The notes below the pieces were generated by a model, which did no database searches, was not told the origin of the DNA, and saw only the letters and a list, made by a program, of their open reading frames with translations. Shown here piece after piece: positions 38,901 through 47,900 of a DNA stretch of 64,000 nucleotides. Position 1 is the stretch's first letter, and the number at the start of each line of letters is the position of its first letter. Source of the DNA: Antedon mediterranea (Eukaryota; Animalia; Echinodermata); contig NC_092678.1 of the NCBI RefSeq assembly GCF_964355755.1, positions 25,871,365 to 25,935,364 of the forward strand. Reading direction: 5' to 3'. The translations under genes and the position numbers were made by a program.

Positions 38901-41900
38901 GTTTCTTGCAGTGAATAATAAAAAATATAAATATAATAAAAATGTACTTTTAATTATTTAAGTTGATATTTAAATTGTTTTTCTTTTTTAATACAGAGGA
39001 GCCATTCTATTTTTGGAAATGTCCAAAACGGCTCAACAGGACGACGGCAGTCTGAGCCGTCACAAGGTTTGATGGCCAACAATCTGAGTGCTTCACCGTC
39101 TAACTCACACCGCGCCGTGTCACCTGCCACCTCTTTAAACATTTACCAGAATACATACGGTAGACGGTCACCGTATGAATTTGGTGGTGCACGTGTACAA
39201 CGACCCATCAATATGATTAATAACAAGATGCATAGTAACAGGTCTAGCAGATCTAGGTTGGTATTGTTTTTACTTAAGACAATAGTTCAACTATTAAAAT
39301 TGTCAATTTTAAAAACTAAGGTTATTAAACTGTGTAAACACCACACACCGTATGCATAAAAATGACAAAAGCCAGTGGATCAGTAGTGGATCAGTAGTGG
39401 ATCAGTAGTGGATCAGTAGTGGATCAGTAGTGGATCAGTAGTGGATCAGTAGTGGATCAGTAGTGGATCAGTAGTGGATCAGTAGCCTTCAACATAAAGT
39501 TTGCTACTAAATAGAAGAAAAAGAACAGAAAAGTTTCTCAATGTTCTCTTATCTAGAGATCTTATAAATATATATTGTGTAGAGATTATACTGTAATTCA
39601 ATTTATATTTCTGTTTATTTCTTCTGCACAATTGGAGCAGTCTTCGGGACATTTTTCAGCGGTATGTTTTTATTCATCATGCATCAAGCTCAATGCAATG
39701 CATGAAATAAGCTGTATACATACAGTGTTTTACCTTTGTATAGTCACATTCAGTCTGGGCACAAAATGACCAAAATATTACTTTAGTTGTATCATGCTCA
39801 GAGTCATTACTTGGGATTTCATTTGAGCATGGCAGTACGCTGGTCAAATTGCTACATTCACAAAGTTCATAATGACTGCTGCCATAATGCTATTTATTAT
39901 TTTGTAATTCACATACAGTTAATTAATTAATGTAAATATTTAATAATTTAAATATTTGGTTAATTGATGTCATTAATTTGTGTTTTTATTTCTGCATGTG
40001 TGAGAACAGGTTCAAAAGTGGGACGGATGTAATAATTCAATACCTCTTCATTTGAGGAATTTTGAGTTTATTTTCTTATTAACTCTGCATGTCACTTTTT
40101 GTTATGCACGCATTAAAATATTCACAGAATTCCACGAGAGTATATTTAAGTAGGGATCTATTAAGTAATGTAGTATTTGTTATTTAGAACATCTAATTGT
40201 CCATTGTTGTCCACTTTCAATGCAATAAAGTGCTCATTGACTGTAAGTGATACTCGAAAGTTTTGTCAATAATAAGGAATTGATTCCCTCTCATTCCCAC
40301 AGTCCCATGGGATTGTTATCCCATGGGACTGTTATCTCATCGCTGTGTATGTGAACACAAGGTCTTTGTGTAATCATGGAGAATGAGTATAATATCCCAT
40401 GTTATGATAACCTTTACTGTACTTGGATATGTTGTATTCTCATTTAGTTATGTTTGTACAATAATAACAATTTTTAAAATTCTGTAAGTGTATTATGGAA
40501 GTGTCTTATGTGCATATTGAATTATTTTTCTATTTTTATCAGTAAAATAGCAACAACATTTTCTGTCGAAAAAATCATTGAAAAAGTTTATAACACATTG
40601 TTATTTTTAAAATAGTATACCGGCTGAAGAAGAAGCAGAACCGTTAATGTCCAAGGAAGAAGATGATAGATCGCCTTCACCAGAACTTCCACAACGAGCA
40701 GAAAGTTGTTTCATCGATGAGAGGGCGGTGTCTCCTGTAGAGGAAGAAGATGACATGGAGTGTCGTCCATTGGTATTGCACCGAGGAGACATGTTGAGGG
40801 ATCTCAGGTTTGCTTATTTATTTTATCTTCTCAATTCAGCCAGAATTATTTTCATAGCAGTTTTATCTCTAGATATGTTATTTCCAACTTTTAGCTTTGA
40901 AATATTTTTCATGAAGAATAAAACTTTTTAAAAACTTTCTAATGACAAAAAATGTGCAATTTCCTACAATTTTTCTTTTAACAAACTTATTTTTGCTGAA
41001 ACTTTATTTTATTATATTTTAAAAAGATTATATGAATGTGTTTATTATAATGTATATGACCGTGTTCTATAGATACAATTTTACCAATAAGTATTGTATA
41101 ACAACATGTTGTGGTTGACTAATTATTAGTTCTGTGTATGTGTTGAAATGTTTCATAGTAAACTAAAGATTGTCGTCTCGTAAATTATCAACAAATGGGA
41201 AGGAAGTTTTGTACCATAGATGTTTTATATAAAGATGATCATTTTTTAAAATCCTGTCCCTCTTGATCTGATGATATTTTGTTGTAATGACATTATTTAA
41301 CCTGTGTCATTTTTTAATAATAATGAACAAATATTGTTCTGGTAATCAATTTTTATTATGAATAAACTTTAATTTCAAAGCCCATATGTCTTGATGTTTA
41401 CAATACTCCAATTTTGCATTAAAAGTATCTAAGGAGACAGCATGTGTAACTGATAACTTTATTTGTACAATATTTTATTACTACTCATAAAATATCTAAT
41501 AAGAATAGTTATATTGACTTTCAAGACACCATTATCCTCAATAAAATGTGGATTATACGGAAAAATATTGGAATTTTTATATTGACTCTAGACCGGTATT
41601 TAATAAGGCATTGACTGAAAAATGAATTAATTGAGTAAATTATTTCACCACAGTAAGTTTTGTAAGTAAGGTAAGTGATATATATGTGTAGTAGTACTAC
41701 TGTTGTAGTAAGTCTATCTTAGATGTTTTATTAACTAATTAGGATTGTGTGCACAATAATGACTAGAGGTCTTCACAACATGTAAAGTCAGATTGTCTGC
41801 CCCTAGTCGTCTTTTAAAAGCATTTTATAAGACACTCTATATTTTTACACCTTTTTTGAGACCTTGACAAAATCTATATCTATACCCAATAATGCTTTTA

Positions 41901-44900
41901 CTTTTCTTTGAAATAATCTTTATATAAATATTATTCATGTAGACATTTATTATTATGTGTAAGTTTCTTCTATTAATATCATTAACTTGTATAATAATTA
42001 TTCACTATAGTATTCATTGCATAGGCAATTATTAGTTTTACAATTTCTTTAATGTCCAATTGAAAGTAATCAGGCATAAAGGTATAGATTGATATGCGTG
42101 ACCGATCATGCGTGATTACACTTGACACCAAACGTATGGAGAATATACTTGGAACTTTAGCAGAAACGCAGAATCACTTTTCCATGATACACACACACAC
42201 ATATTAGTGTCTGTATCAGATACTATAACACGATTTAAAGCAAACAGATGATTTTTATAATGTTTCAAGTTTGTAATCATCAAAATTAATGCTTATGAGA
42301 GTTACTTTTTCTGATGTTATGTTTCGGAGGACAGTTCTTGTTGGATTTTTGTCACAATTTGTATCATAGAGATGTTCTAACAGTTGCCTGTGATAATTTG
42401 TATTGACTAGTAATTAAGCAGATTTCATACTAAGTTTCAACGGCTAAGCCAAGCTACTATAACATAATACAGACATTTGTTTAATTCAGAATTTAGACAT
42501 TGGTGTTCCAATACAATGGAGGACATTCCAGATGGAATACTTGTAAGTGAACTTAGAAATGCTTTGCAGAATTTTACCAAGTCAATACTGTTTTTGGAGA
42601 AAGAAGTTGAATTTTTACGTATGACTGTTTCTAAAACAGAGCGTGAAATGCGAGGGCGTTGTCTGGAATTGGAACACCATCTTGAGCAGTGGTTATGGAT
42701 GATGTCCGAGGAGACTTTAGTTTTTGTTGGCCTTGAAATCAATGATGACGGAATGGACATTGAAGACACACAAACAGTTATTATACATTTCATTCACAAA
42801 TACTTAAGTTTAGATCTGCAAATAAGTGAGTTAAAACGTGCATCCAGAATGCTAACATCTACTATTCACCCACCACCCATTCTAGTACAGTTTAATTGTG
42901 TGGAAGTCCAAGGACTTGTGTTTATGGCTGCAGCAGATTTGAACCACCCCATTTACAAAGTATTACATGTACCGGGTAAAATATGCCAGAATTGTATTAA
43001 GGAATCTAATGGATTTGGAACCGACTCAGTTGACGATGTGGAAGAAAATGATTCAGGGCTAACACAAGATATCAATTCAGAAGATGAAGATATCTCAATA
43101 AATAAAATTGATAGTTCTGGTGACCTGAGAGCAGAGAGTATCAAGGCTAAATGGAAAGGATATCCAACTGGTGACCTGAGAGCAGAGAATAGCAAGGCGA
43201 AATGGAAAGGATATCCAACTAGTGACCTCACAGTGGAAAGTAGCAAGCCTAAATGGACCGGATACCCAACTGGTGACCTCACAGCAGAGAGCAGCAAGCC
43301 TGAATGGACCGGATACCCAACTGGTGACCTCACAGCAGATAGCAGCAAGCCTGAATGGACCGGATACCCAAAACTTAGTAGGAACATGATTGTGGAAAAG
43401 TCTGACCTTTCACATAGCTGTACCTGGCCATCAATTAATAAGTCCAATGATAATGATGATATAAGTTGTAAAACACATGAGGATTTATCAAATGATGGAC
43501 ACGATATTTTCAATTTCACATCGACTGAAACATTTCGCAGCACACATTCTCGCAAAAGTCGTTCAGGAACCTTTTTTCATAAATTTATCAAGAGAGATAC
43601 CTCGAAAAATATTCGTCATAAATCTTCTCTACAAAAGCATTGTGAATTGAAGCTGAAACAAAACAGAGAATCATTGTAAGTGTCTTGAATGCACACAGCA
43701 GCGAATGATAAATTGTAATTCATTACTTCTTTTATTTGGTTGATTTTGTTTCCTTGCATTCCATGATACACAACTATCCCTATAGATACAATGAGCATTC
43801 ATTTGTAAGAATTATTGCTTGGAACTGATTTGATTATCAAGAGATAACAGCAGTCATAGAGTATTCCTGTGAACCAGACATTTTGCATTTGAAAAATCAA
43901 TACCAAAGAAAATGATCTCCCACTAAACTAATCCTTTGCCTTTAAATGGTATAGCATAAACTAATCCTTTGCCTTTAAATGGTATAGCATAAACTAATCC
44001 TTTGCCTTTAAATGGTATAGCATAAACTAATCCTTTGCCTTTAAATGGTATAGCATAAACGTTATAAATTATGCCTTTTATAAACAATATTCAGGGTATT
44101 CATTGGTTTGTTATAATTACCTTTAAGACAAAGGGTTTTCATTGTTTTAGAAAGTAACATTCATAAATTCAATAATAATACTTTTTATTTCAATAACATC
44201 TTTTATTTTGTATAATTTCAGAGGAGGAATTTCTCCAAGTGTATCACCACCTTGTAACTATGCCGACAGTTCAACAGACACGGCAACACCATCAGCAACA
44301 TCACCTTTACTGTCTGTTCAAGATTCAGTGACCCCATCTCCTGAACCCTCACCTTTACCATCTCCAGAGCCTTCTCCTGTGTTATCACGGAGGTCACTGA
44401 CCCCCAGTCACCTTTCCGCAGGAGCGAATCCAACAGCTACCCTGAACAATACAAGTCTTCCTGCTGATAACACAAGTTTTATTAGTACTGACAGTGATTC
44501 TTCATCCAAGAAAGGTGGACTTTTAGGCTGTGCTGGTAAAGTAGATGCACCAACCTTTCAACGTAAGGCATCTATGCCTGTGAATTTACCACAAAACCAG
44601 GTAATGATGACGATAGAAAAAATGAATAGGAATATTAAAATATTAAATATAAGATGATGATTATAATATTTTTTCTATTTCCATGCAGGCAATGGCTGTA
44701 GCTGGAACGGCATCAGGTGGACGACCAAAAAGTGAATCTAGTCATATATGGAGGACACCGCCCTCGTCTCCAGGCCGAGTCCGGGCTTCTTTCCACACTC
44801 CAGTGCCTCGTCCTAGTAGTGCTAATTTACATGGTAACAACTCCCCAAAGAGAAGGCAGAATTTCCGTCATTCCGTTGGGTGTCTGGACATGGCTCAAGA

Positions 44901-47900
44901 CCCGTCGGATGCTTTCTACAGAGAACTGACTAAACCAAAGCCTCGAACCCCATTATTACGCAAATCTTCATCAAAGCCAGAGGCCATTCTAAGTAGTACA
45001 GAAAATCTAGTAGCAAAGGTTAGCATCGAGAAATTACCGTGAACTACGGCAACATTTTGTTTTCTTATTTTAAACTTTTTAAAAATCTATGAAGAGTTTT
45101 CCATTTTGAATATTGATTGATTTGTTGAAAATATACAGAGCTAAATGATTTATTATTACTGATATTCAAACTAAACTCAAATTATCTAATATACTAGTTT
45201 TACGACCTCTGCAGGGAAAAATTTCATTTTAAAATTTTGTTTAGCAATATTGCTAATCAAACTGATTTTTTAGTCGAGAAACATAGTTTTGTATTGTATT
45301 TTTTGCTACACAATTTTAGAAATTTGTAGCAAAATGGTTGTTTTGTATAGCTTTTTGCTATGCTACACTGGCGAAATTATTGCCTGCTCTGTATGAAAAA
45401 GGTATTACTCTCAATTTAATGTGTACATTATTTTTAAATCAAATGCAGGACAATCTTGGAACTTGAGATATTTTTATTGTGATTGGTTAGTAAAGGTTGT
45501 GAATTATATTGACACGATTTCTAAACCATTTTCACTTTGATGTAGTGCAGTTTTCTTAATGATTGATTGTTGAGTTGTTGATCAATACATTTATTATTGC
45601 TTGTTGTTCATACTACTTATAACTATTAATATTTATAAATTAAATATAATCCAATGTCACAAAAGTAGCATGTCATTAACCTTTCTCCCTCCTCTGGGGT
45701 TGAGGCCTAATTTCTCAAGTATTTTAATAACTAATGGTACACCTCGCACCCTATCCCCATTTTGTCTCTTCTCAAGTGTTGATTGTTGGAAACACAACAT
45801 TAAAGACATTCTCAAGAGATTAGATACTGTGTTCATGTTCACAGTTGGGTAATTATGTGTTAATAGATAGAACATTATGGCTCCAAGGATGGTATACATG
45901 GCCCTTGAGCATTAATGTGTAACATGAATATAATAATGTGAAGATTATATTATATATTTAATTATGCCCAACAGAGTAAAAAAAAAACAACCAAAATAAC
46001 TAATTTACACACATTTTACATTACATTAACATTAGTAAACTAATTTTGCCCACAGATAGTAATATTGCAGTGTTGTTTACTTAGATGAGGTCTGACATTA
46101 GGAGTGGACCTGCACTTTTAATTACATTTTTAATAAGTTACATATCATTTTGGATTTACATATTTGTAATTGAAAACTAGAAATACTGTTTGCATAGTAA
46201 TATTTATCAAGGGAAATATATATTCAACAGAGTCTGATGTGTATATAGTTGTACACTAATATATATTCAACAGAGTCTGATGTGTATATAGTTGTACACT
46301 AATATATATTCAACAGAGTCTGATGTGTATATAGTTGTACACTAATATATATTCAACAGAGTCTGATGTGTATATAGTTGTACACTAATATATATTCAAC
46401 AGAGTCTGATGTGTATATAGTTGTACACTAATATATATTCAACAGAGTCTGATGTGTATATAGTTGTACACTAATATATATTCAACAGAGTCTGATGTGT
46501 ATATAGTTGTACACTAATATATATTCAACAGAGTCTGATGTGTATATAGTTGTACACTAATGGAATTAGAAGAACAGTAATTAAAATTATCTATACTAAT
46601 AAACTTAAAAATATAAATATTTATTTCTTATATGGTCTATTGGGAATAGAAGGTATGGAAAAGTGTTTCAAGAGGTACCCACTTCTGGATCATGGTTTAG
46701 GGTTAGGGTTAGGGAACTAACCCTAACCCACTTCTGGATCATGGTAAAGTGTTTCAAGAGGTACCCACTTCTGGATCATGGTTTTCTATTGGGCTATTTG
46801 CCAATTTTTTGATAATTAAATAGTGATTGAAAAACATAAATCAACAGCAAGGGGATTTTTAGAGAAATTGTATCACATGTCATTTTATTTTGAAAAATCT
46901 GTAACCTTTAAATTAAATTAGACACTAGCATTAAGCACTGCCTGATTAAACTTACTTATATTGATACCCATGTAAATGGGTATATTTAATGGGTATATTT
47001 AATGGGTATATTTAATGGGTATATTTAATTATTATGTCTGAATAATATATTGTGTCTATGCTGTTTTTTAGAATGCAAAAATTATCAATGAAATCAAAAT
47101 TATTTACATTTGGTTTTGTGCAATCCAGTCAGTAGCTTTTAAAATTATTTATCGCTTCCAACTGGTGGCCAGGCATTACTTAAATTTAGATTATCATTAT
47201 TGTTTTTAGCAGTGATATTGTAATAGGTTAGCCCACTAATGTGTTACTGACCAGGCTTCCACCAATCAATGACCAATGGCCAGCCAATCAGAGCTTGTTG
47301 AGATAGTTTCTATAGAAATTACTGTTCCTAAACTTTCCAACCAATAAGAGGTGTTTAAAGGTCATAAAAATACTCTTAGTAGGTTGGCTTGCAAGCTAGC
47401 CAATCAGAGCTTGTGGATAGGGTTCCTATAGCAACTACAGTGTCCAAACTGTCTAAGCAAGCTAGCCAATCAGAGCTTGTGGATAACTTCCCAACCAATC
47501 ATGAGTTATCAGTCATTTAGTGGATGAGTAGGCTAAGTTAGGTGTAGTAGGTTTTTGACTGTGCACCATGGAGTAAAGTTACTCCATGATTGCACAGATT
47601 TATTAACCATCCACTCCAGGTTTTGATTGAACTAACATCACACTTGACAGTGTTCACTCATGCATGTTAATAGTATTTGATTGTTCACAGTTTAAATTAA
47701 ATTTGGGTGGATGAGGTCGTGCTTTCATTATTTTCACTTTTCTCTGAATCATTCAGGGACAAGACATTTTTTAACGCATTTATTGATACATTGATTCGTA
47801 ACTGAAATAAAATCTATAATGTTCAGTTCTGTACATAAAAAGCTTGTCACTTTTTTGTTTCAGGCTTTATATGATGAAGGGATAGCACCATTAGTGGACC

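Noticed and set aside
40299-40332. Palindrome ACAGTCCCATGGGAT...ATCCCATGGGACTGT as a fourth P-like footprint
   Set aside because: Flanks are inverted rather than 7-bp direct repeats
42953-43555. 200-aa minus-strand ORF
   Set aside because: Antisense shadow of the repeat-rich plus-strand ORF
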